From Candidatus Thorarchaeota archaeon (GTDB taxonomy: Archaea > Asgardarchaeota > Thorarchaeia > Thorarchaeales > Thorarchaeaceae): a DNA stretch of 64,000 nucleotides. Below, one piece after another: positions 50,006 to 60,807 of the stretch; position 1 is the first letter of the stretch, and the number at the start of each line of letters is the position of its first letter. Under the pieces are notes generated by a model. It searched no databases, was not told the DNA's origin, and saw only the letters and a program-made list of their open reading frames with translations. Both the position numbers and the translations under genes were made by a program. The DNA lies in NCBI GenBank assembly GCA_046482545.1, contig JAWOEX010000028.1:192001-256000 (forward strand), written 5' to 3'.

Positions 50006-50503
50006 ATGGGAAAACGTGGAAAAGAAATTGTTGGTTTGAATGTGGATGAACTCATTGAGAAGCTCAACAAAGCGTTCGCTGACGAGTGGCTCGCCTATTA
50101 TCAGTACTGGATAGGCTCAGAAGTCGCAGTAGGTCCCATGAGGGGAGCTGTTGTAGCTGAGCTGGTTGAGCATGCTGGAGACGAGCTTCGACATGCAGGA
50201 ATGCTTTCAGAAAGAATTTTGACGCTGGGTGGAACTCCATTGCTCAGCCCAGAAGACTGGTTTGATTACTACAATTGCGAATATGCAACTCCAGAAGAAC
50301 CTGACGTGCCAAAGCTGCTGGAACAGAATATTGAGGCAGAGCGTTGTGCTATAGATGTTTATCATGAGCTGGTGAACATGACTGAAGGAAAAGATCAGGT
50401 CACCTACAATCTGGCCCTAGAAGTCATGGAAGATGAAGTTGAGCACGAAGAAGACCTCGAAGCATTGATGGAAGACATAGAAGTAATGAAGAAAAAGGCA
50501 TAG
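50006..50503 (+). CDS. DPS-like (DPSL)/ferritin-family di-iron protein
   Basis: LNKAFADEWLAYYQYW, DELRHA, EAERCAI, EDEVEHEEDL. Confidence 0.88.
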   Translation: MGKRGKEIVGLNVDELIEKLNKAFADEWLAYYQYWIGSEVAVGPMRGAVVAELVEHAGDELRHAGMLSERILTLGGTPLLSPEDWFDYYNCEYATPEEPDVPKLLEQNIEAERCAIDVYHELVNMTEGKDQVTYNLALEVMEDEVEHEEDLEALMEDIEVMKKKA

Positions 50504-50515
50504 AATAATTAGGGC

Positions 50516-50556
50516 TTGCTCTCTCACGCGCTGAGAGAGCAAATTATTTTCTTTTC
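50516..50556 (+). terminator. 11-bp hairpin terminator
   Basis: TTGCTCTCTCA-CGCGC-TGAGAGAGCAA followed by a T-rich tract, between convergent genes. Confidence 0.7.
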
Positions 50557-50649
50557 TTGCAGCTTATACACTAAGTGAGTCATTCATCGGGATTACCAAT
50601 TGAGATGGAAATTCTATCATTTCAGCCTTCTAGCGGGATTGGAAAGTCA

Positions 50650-51099
50650 TCAGCTGGGCTCAACTACCTCAACTGATTCGAAGTTGGTCACAACGTACAT
50701 TTTCTCTATCGAAACTCGGATGATAGCAGTGCCAGCTGAATGCAGGAATTCTTTGAGCTTAGGATGACGTTCAGCCAAAAGGTCAACATAGCTCAGCCTT
50801 TCAGACCTCTTGATGTCTTCAGCCGTTCCCACCACCGAAACCGAAATTGCCTCAGTAACATCATCAGGCTGATTCGTTGTGTTGTCGATTAGTAGTGCAA
50901 CAGAAGGATTAGCTTCCATTTGCTTATACTTCAAACGCGCTCGCTTTGTCGCGAAAACCAAGTAACGAAGGTCTTGACTAACAAGAAATGACACCAAACA
51001 GCAGTATGGCTCGTCATCTTTCGAAGTGGCAAGCGCTGCATTCAGTTGTGAATCAAACAAGTTCCTGAGTCTCTCTTTAGTTTCCTCTGAAATATCCAT
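50650..51099 (-). CDS. Pyridoxamine 5'-phosphate oxidase-like FMN-binding split-barrel protein
   Basis: AALATSKDDEPYCCLV, FATKRARLKYKQMEANPSVALLID. Confidence 0.85.
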   Translation of the reverse strand: MDISEETKERLRNLFDSQLNAALATSKDDEPYCCLVSFLVSQDLRYLVFATKRARLKYKQMEANPSVALLIDNTTNQPDDVTEAISVSVVGTAEDIKRSERLSYVDLLAERHPKLKEFLHSAGTAIIRVSIEKMYVVTNFESVEVVEPS

Positions 51100-51101
51100 A
51101 T

Positions 51102-52544
51102 CTACTCCATCTCCTCGTTCGGTGCGTCATCGCCCCTACTTTCTGGTCGTGTCATTCTTTCTGGGTCCAGCAGAACGTCCAGCCATTTCTGATCCATGAT
51201 ACCCTCCTCGAAAGCAATCTCTCGAATCGACTTCCCTGTATCCAATGCTTTCTTTGCAATTCGAGTTGCTGCCTTGTAACCAATTACAGGATTGAGTACA
51301 GTAACCAGACCTACGCTTCTGTGGACTACGTCCAATCCTTCTTGGTTCGCCTCGATTCCTTTGATACATTTCTCTGCAAGTATCGGGATTGAATTCTTGA
51401 GAACTTTCAACGCCTGAAAGAAGTTGTAGGCTATCAACGGCTCAAAGGCATTCAATTCTAGCTGCCCTTCTTGGGCGGCCATAGATATCACCATGTCATG
51501 ACCAAGCACCTGAAACGCGCATTGCATTACCATTTCAGGTACAACAGGATTCACCTTGCCAGGCATAATAGAGGAGCCGGGCTGTACAGGAGGCAGCTTG
51601 ATTTCGTGGAACCCTCCTACTGGGCCTGAAGACATGAGGATAAGATCACCACATATCTTGCTGAGGTTGGTCGCATTAACTTTCAGCAGGCCTGAAGCAT
51701 GCACGAATTCGTCACTGTTTTGTGTATCATCGATAAGATCGGTGGCCGTAGTTAATTCATCCAACCCCGTGACTTCTCGAAGATACTTTTCGGCTAAATC
51801 AATATACTTTGGGTGGGCATTCAAAGAAGTGCCAATAGCAGTAGCTCCAATGTTATGGGTCTTTAGAATATCTATCGCAGATTCGATTCTCAGTAAATCT
51901 CTTTTGAGAGCTGCAGACCAAGCTGAGAACTCTTGACCCAGCATTATTGGGACCGCATCCTGCATCTCAGTCCGTCCAAGCTTAAGCACATCTTTGAATT
52001 CCTCTGCTTTATTGTCTAGAGCAGTAATAAGGTCTCGGAGGGCGCCTGATAGTTCCCTGAATCCGTAAATCGTGGCTATCTTGATGGCTGTTGGGTAAAC
52101 GTCATTGGTTGACTGCGACATATTGGCATGGTCAATTGCAGAAACGGGACCCATGGAATTTGGAGGGTGACCAAGTAGTTCGTTGGCTCTTGAAGCAATG
52201 ACCTCATTCATGTTCATATTGGTACTGGTTCCGGCTCCTCCCTGCATCATATCCACGGTGAACTCGTCTATCATCTCACCGTCGATTATCTCTTCGCAGG
52301 CCTGAACGATAGCATCAGCATACTCCTCTTCGAGGTGACCAAGATTTTTGTTCGCCTGTGTACAAGCCTTCTTCACCATTGCTAGAGCCTTGACAAGCGT
52401 TGGGTAATTTGCAAGGGGAACACGGGATACTCCAAAGTTCTCCTGGGCACGAAGAGTTTGAATACCCCAATAAACCTCGGATGGTACCTTTCGCTCACCA
52501 ATAAGATCACTTTCAATCCGGTATTCCTGCTCTTCAGTCGCCAT
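51102..52544 (-). CDS. aspA: Aspartate ammonia-lyase
   Basis: YWGIQTLRA, QGGAGTSTNMN, SQSTND, GRTEMQDAVP, fumarase/aspartase signature GSSIMPGKVNP. Confidence 0.88.
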   Translation of the reverse strand: MATEEQEYRIESDLIGERKVPSEVYWGIQTLRAQENFGVSRVPLANYPTLVKALAMVKKACTQANKNLGHLEEEYADAIVQACEEIIDGEMIDEFTVDMMQGGAGTSTNMNMNEVIASRANELLGHPPNSMGPVSAIDHANMSQSTNDVYPTAIKIATIYGFRELSGALRDLITALDNKAEEFKDVLKLGRTEMQDAVPIMLGQEFSAWSAALKRDLLRIESAIDILKTHNIGATAIGTSLNAHPKYIDLAEKYLREVTGLDELTTATDLIDDTQNSDEFVHASGLLKVNATNLSKICGDLILMSSGPVGGFHEIKLPPVQPGSSIMPGKVNPVVPEMVMQCAFQVLGHDMVISMAAQEGQLELNAFEPLIAYNFFQALKVLKNSIPILAEKCIKGIEANQEGLDVVHRSVGLVTVLNPVIGYKAATRIAKKALDTGKSIREIAFEEGIMDQKWLDVLLDPERMTRPESRGDDAPNEEME

Positions 52545-52644
52545 TCATTTCACACCGCTTAAGCTCTATTTACTCAATCCATGTTATGTCTTTTGCAGAC
52601 TGGGTCAGGCGGTTGAGTTACGCATAATTGAACTCTTGGAGTGA

Positions 52645-53520
52645 ATGGGCAAATATCGTTACTCTACGATTTTGATCCTTTGGTTTCTGCTCTCCATGTT
52701 TAGCATACCGCCCACCCAGAAAGCTTCTGCTGATATTATCGTATCATCAGAGGGGGACGGAGGACTACCGTATCCGTTGCTCACAAACGCTAGCATGCCT
52801 GAAGCGGACGTTGAGATTAACATGTCATGTACAAGAACCGCTCCCAAGCAAGTGCGATATGACATCAACATGACCGCCTCTTTTCTGGTTTTCTCTCCAT
52901 ACTCACAGAATGCCACGATAGCTTTCGTCTTGCCTTCACCTCCCTTAGGACCTTCCACTACCACAGATGAGTGTAGTGCGGACGTCTTGGTTGACGAAAA
53001 AGACTTGGATTTCGAACGTGTAGAATGGGAACAACTCAACGTGTCTTAGGGTCTAAACGAATCTGAATGGTATTGGGCAGGAAACCCCGAGTGTTTGGTT
53101 TTCAATATGAGCCTTGAAGAGAATAGCCCTTCTCAAATCAAGGTAACTACTGAAATAGTGATTTCAACAGGTACAACTGCCTTTGCCTATAGTTACCATG
53201 TTGGTACTGCAAGGACTTGGAGTGGCGATACATATGAGACTCTGACAATTTCTGTTAATGATAACGTGGGATTTGTCAATCAAGGCTTCTATCCTGAACA
53301 GAATCTCTCTACAACGAGGGATGAGCCCACCATCACAGGCTCTTGGGAATTCAATATATCTGAATTCATTTACGAATCTGTAGGTTTCAGTTGTCAACAT
53401 TGGGAAGTGTCAAGATACCGACCACATCCAGATTGGTTCCTTGTTTACTCAACATATCTTGGCCTTGGGGTTCTTGTGATAATACTTGTCTATAAGGGAA
53501 TTCAGAGATATTATAGCTAG
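52645..53520 (+). pseudogene. Secreted, C-terminally anchored protein interrupted by one in-frame TAG
   Basis: ORFs 52645..53049 and 53095..53520 are in the same frame: LNVS*GLNESEWYWAGNPECLVF. The signal peptide is in the first half and the TM in the second. Confidence 0.65.
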
Positions 53521-53570
53521 AGTATATGAGATTCTAGGTCAGAGAAATTTCAGAATGGCACCAGTGATGC

Positions 53571-55163
53571 TCAAAATCCTGCAGCTTGACCATCCTTTCG
53601 AAAATCGGAACCAGCTATCCATGCATCTCTTAGACGAAATATAGCTTGCCCACCACCGAATCCAGCCATGGTTTCGTGTGCAATTGAATGACCTCGTTTT
53701 CTCAGCTCACCTTGTGCTTGTGGTGGTATGCCATTCTCCAGAGCAACAATGTTCGAGTTCTGATCATGGTGAAATCTAGGATGGTCCAACGCTTCTTGGG
53801 GCGACATCTCATAGTCCAGCATGTTACTCACAAATTGAGCGTGCGCTTGTGCCTGATGAGGACCACCCATGATACCAAACACTCCAAGCAAATCTCCATT
53901 AGAGTAAGCGGCACCGGGAATGATAGTGTGGAATGGACGCTTGCCTGGTTCATAGCAGTTAGGATGGTCATGGTCAAGGGAGAAGAGCCGCCCTCTGTTT
54001 TGAAGTTTGATTCCCCACTCCGGTACCACAAGTCCACTGCCGAATCCCATGTATAGACTATTAATGAATGATATCGCTCGGCCATCCTTGTCAGCGGCAG
54101 CAAGGTAAACTGTATCGGTTCCCACATCAATCCCGCTTTCGGGAACATCCATGGCCTTGTCTGGCTTGATGAGCTTGGAACGCTTACGAGCATTTTGCTT
54201 CGAGAGTAGTTGGCCCAAGGGTACATCGTAGAAATCAGGGTCAGCGTTATGTTGATACAAGTCAGCATAGGCCATCTTCTTTGCTTCAATCATTATATGA
54301 TATCGCCCAGCTGAAAGGTGGTCAAGTTCCGAGAACTCGAATTCCTCCATCATGTTCAGCATTTCGAGTGCTGCGAAACCCTGCCCATTAGGCCCATGCT
54401 CGTAGATATCAACACCCCTGTAAGATGTAGAAATCGGCGAGGTCTGTTCAGTCTTATGATCTGCTAGGTCTTCAGCTTTCAGGAAACCACCGTGTTCCTG
54501 TACTGTTTCAACTATGCTATCAGCAATTGCACCGGAATAGAAGGAAGAGATTCCATTCTCAGCAACTTCTCTAAAGGTCCGTGCCAGTCTAGGATTGTCC
54601 ATTCTCTCGCCCGGTTTTGGGGCTCTGCCGTCTATGGTGAAAATGGTCTCAGCAGTTTCGTTTCTGAGGGCTGAAAGCAATAGGTCCCAAACTTCCGCAA
54701 TGACGGGTGATACTGGAAAGCCGTCTTCAGCGTAGTAAATCGCTGGACTCAGAACCGTCCCAAAATCTAGAGCGCCGTAGTTGGATATCAGGAAGTGCCA
54801 TAGATGCATCGCTCCTGGAACTGTAACAGGCGCACCTCCTCTGACGGGTATCCTATCCCATCCTCGTTCTCGAAGCTCATCGAGTGTGACAAGAGAGCCT
54901 GCTCTTCCAGACCCATTGAATGCTAGAGGTTCTGACTCTCCTGGCACATGCAGCAAAGCAAAAGCATCACCACCGCAACCAGTCGAGAAAGGCTCAACAA
55001 CATCAAGAGTAGCTGCTGTTGCAACTGCTGCATCAACAGCATTGCCGCCTTGTTGCAGCATCTTCAAACCGACCTGTGTAGCAAGTGGCTGCGATGAAGC
55101 AACAATTCCTCGGTCTGCAATAACATCTGATCTGCCTGTGGGTCTACGCCAAAAGATCATCAT
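53571..55163 (-). CDS. ggt: Gamma-glutamyltransferase
   Basis: GGNAVDAAVA, GCGGDAF, VTVPG, autocleavage Thr in DTVYL, KRPFHTIIPG, MGG. Confidence 0.92.
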   Translation of the reverse strand: MMIFWRRPTGRSDVIADRGIVASSQPLATQVGLKMLQQGGNAVDAAVATAATLDVVEPFSTGCGGDAFALLHVPGESEPLAFNGSGRAGSLVTLDELRERGWDRIPVRGGAPVTVPGAMHLWHFLISNYGALDFGTVLSPAIYYAEDGFPVSPVIAEVWDLLLSALRNETAETIFTIDGRAPKPGERMDNPRLARTFREVAENGISSFYSGAIADSIVETVQEHGGFLKAEDLADHKTEQTSPISTSYRGVDIYEHGPNGQGFAALEMLNMMEEFEFSELDHLSAGRYHIMIEAKKMAYADLYQHNADPDFYDVPLGQLLSKQNARKRSKLIKPDKAMDVPESGIDVGTDTVYLAAADKDGRAISFINSLYMGFGSGLVVPEWGIKLQNRGRLFSLDHDHPNCYEPGKRPFHTIIPGAAYSNGDLLGVFGIMGGPHQAQAHAQFVSNMLDYEMSPQEALDHPRFHHDQNSNIVALENGIPPQAQGELRKRGHSIAHETMAGFGGGQAIFRLRDAWIAGSDFRKDGQAAGF

Positions 55164-55184
55164 GTATTCCTCAATCCCTGTGAA

Positions 55185-56558
55185 CTAAACCAGGACATAG
55201 CCATTATTTGCCCAAGCGTGTGTCCCGCCTAGAGGGACAGCAACATCCTTGAAATCCGACCTCTTGAGAATAGATGCTCCAATGGTGCTTCTGAAGCCAG
55301 ACGGACAGACTGAGACTGTCTTCTTGTCCGGGTCTAAATCCCCAATATGATCACGAATCTCTGTAAGAGGTGTGAGTTTCGTTCCAGGGATGAAATTCCC
55401 ATTCGCCTCATGTTCCTCCCGCACATCGATAATCTGCAGTCCGTTGTCATTCATCCATTGTTTCAGCTCTGGAGCACTGGGGTGACCGATACTCGCAACT
55501 TGTCTTCCGCTGTGTTCCCAACCCATTAGTCCGCCAGCAAGCGCCCCAACGAAGTTGTCATATCCAAGTCTAACCATGTAGTTCCATGCAGTTTCCAGCT
55601 GAGAGGGTTTTTCTGCTACGACCAAATAGTGGTCATTGTAGTCTGATACCCAGCCCAAGAAAATTCCCATCATCTGCAGTCCCATAAACATCGAATCGGG
55701 AATATGCTTGCTGACAAATGAGCTAGGGGTGCGGATGTCGATAACAACATGATTATCCTCTTGCATCAGTTCCTCAAACGTTCGCATTTCAAGAAGGCGA
55801 GGTCGCTGAACCTCTGATAGCAGAGGAGGCCCTTCTAGGTTATACACCTCGCAGCGGGTGAAGTAGTCTGGAATCATAAGATTTGCATTGAGCCTACCTT
55901 CCACAAATTCCTCTTCGTCCTTCTGCAACCGCGGATTGTTCTCTCGTTCATAACCAATCGTTGTTACAGGACGAGCAGCCATGTCTGCACCACATACGGA
56001 ACCAGCTCCATGTGCCGGGTACACAATCACTCCGTCAGGAAGCTCAAGCACTTTGTCATGCAGACTATGATACAGTTTTCGTGATTGTTCTTCATGCTTC
56101 TTGATATCTACAAGGTCCGTTCTACCTACGTCATTCACAAAGAGTGTATCGCCCGTAAAGACCGCTAGTGGATTATCACCCGTCGATGTGTCCGTTACAA
56201 CGTAGCATATGCTATCGTTGGTGTGGCCAGGCGTATAGAGGCATTCAATTTCTAAATCTCCAACTTCGAACTTCTCGCCGTCTGCAATGTCGTGGTCTCC
56301 ATACTTGAAAGGAGCACCATGTTTGCTGTGCCCAATCTCGAGTGATGGAATTAGACTTTGAAGTTCCACCGAGCCTATTATTAGGTCCTCGTTTCTATGT
56401 GTCTCGAAGACATACTTGATTCCTGAGTTTCTCTGAATCGCCATTTCCTCATAGATCTGTGCGTCTCTTCGTGGATCGATAACCATGGCTTCGCCTTTTG
56501 ATTCGACGAAGTAGGAAAGAGCAGCCAAACCCTCGGATACAACTGTTGTGACTTCCAT
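55185..56558 (-). CDS. MBL-fold hydrolase fused to two rhodanese domains
   Basis: ETHRNED, TPGHT, FTGDTLF, YPAHG; rhodanese active site CPSGFRS; start MEVTT at 56558 after GAGGT (track 56756). Confidence 0.85.
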   Translation of the reverse strand: MEVTTVVSEGLAALSYFVESKGEAMVIDPRRDAQIYEEMAIQRNSGIKYVFETHRNEDLIIGSVELQSLIPSLEIGHSKHGAPFKYGDHDIADGEKFEVGDLEIECLYTPGHTNDSICYVVTDTSTGDNPLAVFTGDTLFVNDVGRTDLVDIKKHEEQSRKLYHSLHDKVLELPDGVIVYPAHGAGSVCGADMAARPVTTIGYERENNPRLQKDEEEFVEGRLNANLMIPDYFTRCEVYNLEGPPLLSEVQRPRLLEMRTFEELMQEDNHVVIDIRTPSSFVSKHIPDSMFMGLQMMGIFLGWVSDYNDHYLVVAEKPSQLETAWNYMVRLGYDNFVGALAGGLMGWEHSGRQVASIGHPSAPELKQWMNDNGLQIIDVREEHEANGNFIPGTKLTPLTEIRDHIGDLDPDKKTVSVCPSGFRSTIGASILKRSDFKDVAVPLGGTHAWANNGYVLV

Positions 56559-56986
56559 CCCGTGAACCTCTCTTGAATCTAGACGGTAGTCTAGGTCTAT
56601 TAATGTTTCACAACGGAAGAGCCAATGAAAACTTAAGCCTGGCTTAATGCGCGTACTGAGATTAAACCTACCCAAATCTGAATATGTAAGGGTGTAAAGT
56701 TCTCTGGTTTTAGGGTTTGTTAACGTGAGAACCGCCTGTGCACCTTGATAGCTCATGGGTTTGTGGGGAGGCTGAGTGTTCTGATTCTCCTCACGTACTC
56801 GATGATATGTTCCATGTCTATCATCGCCTTGGAGACCAAATCATCGACCTTGTCACTAATCCCCTTGGTCTTTCCAATCGAGATGATTTCGCCCGACGCG
56901 CATGGTAACCATAGCCTGTATGACATGTTTGTGGAGGTATATTAACTCAGATAGCCGATACTCGTCGCAAGTATTGCCCCGCGTGG

Positions 56987-58459
56987 TCAGATGTCCTTGG
57001 TCTGAATGGAGATAGTGACGGTCACTCTCAATTGGCACTGGGTTGAGTTGCTCGAGGGATTCTCAAATCGCAGCACCCAGAGGTGGACACCACTTGCATA
57101 GAGACTAGACCAGCCATAACCTGTTTCGTCGTCTCCCTTGTCGAAATGCACTGAGTAACCAGGTGTGACGTTCAGGCGTTCGGTCTCGTTCATAGCCCCG
57201 AATTCCTCAGCGTCTAGCGGAAGCACGTGGTGTCTACAGTGCAGCGGCAGAGGGCAGTCACCCCAATCGAGGATGTTGATTCTGATTTGGCGCCAGTTCT
57301 CTTGGCCAGCAGGGGGTTCTGGAACCTCGACCTCACCGTAGACCCACTCACCGATAGCAACCTGTACTCCCGAGGGGTCCGTCTCGTAGAGGACTGTGAT
57401 GTCCTCCTCCTGCCATGAGATCTCATTGAGCTGATAGAAAGGTGGGAAGACCACAATGAAGGCGAGTAGGGCCACTGCGAAGACCCGCCGACGAAACCTC
57501 AGCGCCGCACGGGCATTGTCAAGCAGCTGCAGCTTGGTGGCATCATCAACCTGTCGCTCGGTTGTCACCATTGTGTCCCGGTCCCCGCCATCGACCCAAC
57601 CGTTCTGCTCAAGCCGCCACAATCGAATATTCCTCCCGAAGAGCGATCGGGTCAGAGGTAGAAGCAGGAGGGAGATGAAAATCAGGGTCACGGTCGGGAT
57701 GAGTAGATACACCGGGTCGAAGGCGACGCCAATCAGCATCTCCATGTTGCCTCTGTCGAGAAAGCTGTGACCTGACAGCGCAATCGCAGTGAATCTATAC
57801 AGATGGTACGGTGAGTACAGCACCAGCTCGTTGTAGCTGACCATCCAGGGTGTGAAACCGGTCACAAGGGCGAAGACACCGAGAAGGACGCTTCCCCCTA
57901 GTGCGGCCAACCGCCACTCATCCAGAACGACTGCGATGAGAGAGGTCAGCGAACAGAGAACTAGGGAGAAGACCGGGGTGGGGAGAAGGGCAGCGGGCAG
58001 ATACGCAAGTACTGCTGCCGGTTCAACATCAGGGAACTGGGCGATTGCAATGCCGAAGGCAACGAATGTGAAGAGGACCATGTACAGGGATGTGATCACA
58101 AGCTGCACAATGAACCGTCTGCGCAGAGATGGTGCCTGTTGCGGTACAGAGCTAGACCGATGGGACATCACGTCGTCTGGACTGGGGGTGGTCAGGAGGA
58201 GTGCAGCACTGAGGGAGAAGGGCACTCCGGTCACCAGTATCGTGGCCACCAGATTTATGGCGACAAAGGCCGCACCAAAGGGTCCATACCAGTAGGCATT
58301 GGGCAACAACATCGTTAACAGCGTGGTCCCTGCTGAGACTGCCAGCCACAGGAGCAACCTGCGCCAAGATAGGCCTAGTTCTGAAAGCTGCCATCCAGCC
58401 CTGTTGACATCCTGCGGAGAATCTTCGCCGTCTTCTTCTGTGGCATCATCGGCGGACAT
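56987..58459 (-). CDS. Multi-pass membrane protein (ABC-2 permease-like N-terminal part) with an extracellular C-terminal domain
   Basis: About 7 TMs, LYSPYHLY loop; visibly higher GC than the surroundings. Confidence 0.65.
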   Translation of the reverse strand: MSADDATEEDGEDSPQDVNRAGWQLSELGLSWRRLLLWLAVSAGTTLLTMLLPNAYWYGPFGAAFVAINLVATILVTGVPFSLSAALLLTTPSPDDVMSHRSSSVPQQAPSLRRRFIVQLVITSLYMVLFTFVAFGIAIAQFPDVEPAAVLAYLPAALLPTPVFSLVLCSLTSLIAVVLDEWRLAALGGSVLLGVFALVTGFTPWMVSYNELVLYSPYHLYRFTAIALSGHSFLDRGNMEMLIGVAFDPVYLLIPTVTLIFISLLLLPLTRSLFGRNIRLWRLEQNGWVDGGDRDTMVTTERQVDDATKLQLLDNARAALRFRRRVFAVALLAFIVVFPPFYQLNEISWQEEDITVLYETDPSGVQVAIGEWVYGEVEVPEPPAGQENWRQIRINILDWGDCPLPLHCRHHVLPLDAEEFGAMNETERLNVTPGYSVHFDKGDDETGYGWSSLYASGVHLWVLRFENPSSNSTQCQLRVTVTISIQTKDI

Positions 58460-58680
58460 TCTTCATCAGAGACCCCTACGCTGTGTCTGGTGCATAGAAA
58501 CCAAGTGAGTATGTATACTTCATGGGTAATAACGGTTTCGAGAAGAGCAGTGACTGTGCTCCTGCCTGGAAACAAGGGCGAAGGCCTCCTCGGAACAAGA
58601 GAGCTGGTCATGGCGTCCACACTATCAGCATAGTTCGTAGTGCTCCCAGATCCGCAAGACTGCTATGTCCCCCACCATAT

Positions 58681-59370
58681 CTAATCTACTGTGAGCAGAG
58701 CCGGTTCAGTGTGGTCAGTGCGGGCAGTAACCTGAATATCCCGGCCCGCGACGTCGATGTAGACCTTGAGTCCAACGGCAAACTTGTAGTGGACATCGCT
58801 GCTTAAGTCCACGGTAAACCATTTTGTTTTTTGTCTATTGGAGTAAGTTTTCTCGTAATTATCCCATGACCATTGAGGCCCCTGGATGCTCCAACCGTCT
58901 GCCACCTTCTCTTGGGGCAGGTTCTCATCTGCATCATATACTCGAAAGACTACCATGAGTGTCACTTTGGCAAGGTTACCAGCTGCAATCCTAAAGTCTA
59001 TGTCATACTGGGCCTTGATGTACCAGTTTGATGTGACCGATTGTGTGGTTTCATAGTCCGCTCCAACCCACGCCGCGGACCACGTTCCCTTCCAGTATGA
59101 CAAAGGATAGTAGAGTGGAACTACCTCTATCTCGCATTCGCCAGTATTGGCGTGAGCGGCAACAGTATCAAAGTTGCTTGGTTGATCTTCACCCGAATCG
59201 CTATAGGAGGGTGTATCGGATCCTCCGAAAGCAGCTGCAACAGGTGTGACTTGATGAGCTATGACTATTGTCATGAGTACCAAGGCCGATGCTAACACGT
59301 TTCTTCTATACAATAGATGCTTCATATTTCTAAACCTCCTCTCATCCCACCAAGATGAGTCTATACTCAT
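58681..59370 (-). CDS. Secreted beta-rich hypothetical protein
   Basis: Signal peptide (RRNVLASALVLMTIVIAHQVTPVAAA) followed by a Trp/Tyr-rich beta domain. Confidence 0.65.
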   Translation of the reverse strand: MSIDSSWWDERRFRNMKHLLYRRNVLASALVLMTIVIAHQVTPVAAAFGGSDTPSYSDSGEDQPSNFDTVAAHANTGECEIEVVPLYYPLSYWKGTWSAAWVGADYETTQSVTSNWYIKAQYDIDFRIAAGNLAKVTLMVVFRVYDADENLPQEKVADGWSIQGPQWSWDNYEKTYSNRQKTKWFTVDLSSDVHYKFAVGLKVYIDVAGRDIQVTARTDHTEPALLTVD

Positions 59371-59659
59371 GGTGTCGAGGCATAATAAAAGGAATAATAA
59401 TGATTTAAATATTTCGGGTTTTATTCGACGTGTGGCGGAAAAGTTGTGAAAAGTGTCTCACGTCTCGCGGATGACGCCACACCGACAGGTCATAGTACAG
59501 GAGGACAAAAAGGCTATGAGAACCAATGAAAGAGCATCTAGAGACGTGAGCCGTCATGATATTCAATTGCATATTTTCAGAGTTGTGGGAATCCACAGCC
59601 AAAATTGAAATGCCTTCGAGCTGAGAGTTTTTGCAGGTTATTGAATATGGAGCCCTCGT

Positions 59660-59842
59660 ATGGGTGAAGAATCAATCCAATACGAGGATACATCTGGCAG
59701 AAGTCGAGAATGGATTGCTTCGATAGACGTTCGAAGAATCAACATGAGAAACAAGAACATCGCATTCGTCAATCTTGCTGAGCTAGAGGAATGCGCAGAA
59801 TTGGAGGAACTGAATCTTTCTTGGAATGAAATCACGAAGTAG
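59660..59842 (+). pseudogene. Truncated leucine-rich-repeat protein remnant
   Basis: INMRNKNIAFVNLAELEECAELEELNLSWNEIT contains LxxLxLxxN and stops after about 1.5 repeats. Confidence 0.55.
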
Positions 59843-60226
59843 ATATCGGAGAAACAATTCTTTTCAAGGAGAACTTCGAAGTGGGACCATTCGTTATTGC
59901 CGCTACACTGGTTGAGCCTAATATGTGGCATCTAATCAGCACATCGCAAATCTCTCCGCAAGCTCTACCCACAACCAAAGATGGAGTCAAGATTGCAGAA
60001 TCTGAAAGGAAAAACTCGGGATAATTGTGAACTATTTCGAAGAAACGGAGGCCGAAGATGTTGTATTTGAGCCCTGTGAGTGGAAAATTTCCTCTCCCGC
60101 GAAGGCAAAGCATTGCAAATCGTTGATCGAGCCGCAAAGCGCTGGAGAAGATAGGCACATTCACGGACTCCGAGAAGTAGCCTTTATTAGACGTGCCCGT
60201 TTTCCAACGTGAGAGAGGGTACCCTC

Positions 60227-60805
60227 ATGGAAAAGATGCAAGATGCGCTCAAATGGGAACAGCGTTCAGAACTCGTCAAGACGTTATTCCTCCTCGGGAT
60301 AGTGGTCTTGGCGACTTTTGGGGGCTATGGTATTTTCATGCTTTCCATGGGCACGACAACTCCACTTGTCGTTGTCACCAGCGAATCGATGGAGCCGACC
60401 CTCTATCCAGGAGACTTACTGGTCCTTCAGGGCCGGCCGGCTGAGGATATCGCTGTTGGAGATATTATCGTTTACGAGGATGACTGGTACGGTGACGCTC
60501 CAATAGTGCACCGCGTCATTTCTATTAATGTAGAGGGTGGTAACTACTATTACTTTACACAGGGGGACAATAATGCAGTCGCCGATCCAGGCAATCGAAC
60601 ATATGATGAAGTGGTGGGCGTAATGGTGCTTAGAATTCCGGCTTTAGGCCACGTAAGCCTGTTTCTCAGAACACCTCTTGGCATCGCCACGACGGCGGTA
60701 ATCTTTGTACTGATTCTCGTTTTACCTGAATACGTGTGCCCGGAGGACAAAGAAGATACCGATGACAACAACGCTAAGGGAGAAAAGCCATCCGTGTCCG
60801 AGTAA
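60227..60805 (+). CDS. Signal peptidase I (archaeal/Sec11 type)
   Basis: VVTSESMEPTL, GDL, IVHRV, TQGDNN...DP; Ser/His dyad type. Confidence 0.92.
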   Translation: MEKMQDALKWEQRSELVKTLFLLGIVVLATFGGYGIFMLSMGTTTPLVVVTSESMEPTLYPGDLLVLQGRPAEDIAVGDIIVYEDDWYGDAPIVHRVISINVEGGNYYYFTQGDNNAVADPGNRTYDEVVGVMVLRIPALGHVSLFLRTPLGIATTAVIFVLILVLPEYVCPEDKEDTDDNNAKGEKPSVSE

Positions 60806-60807
60806 GT

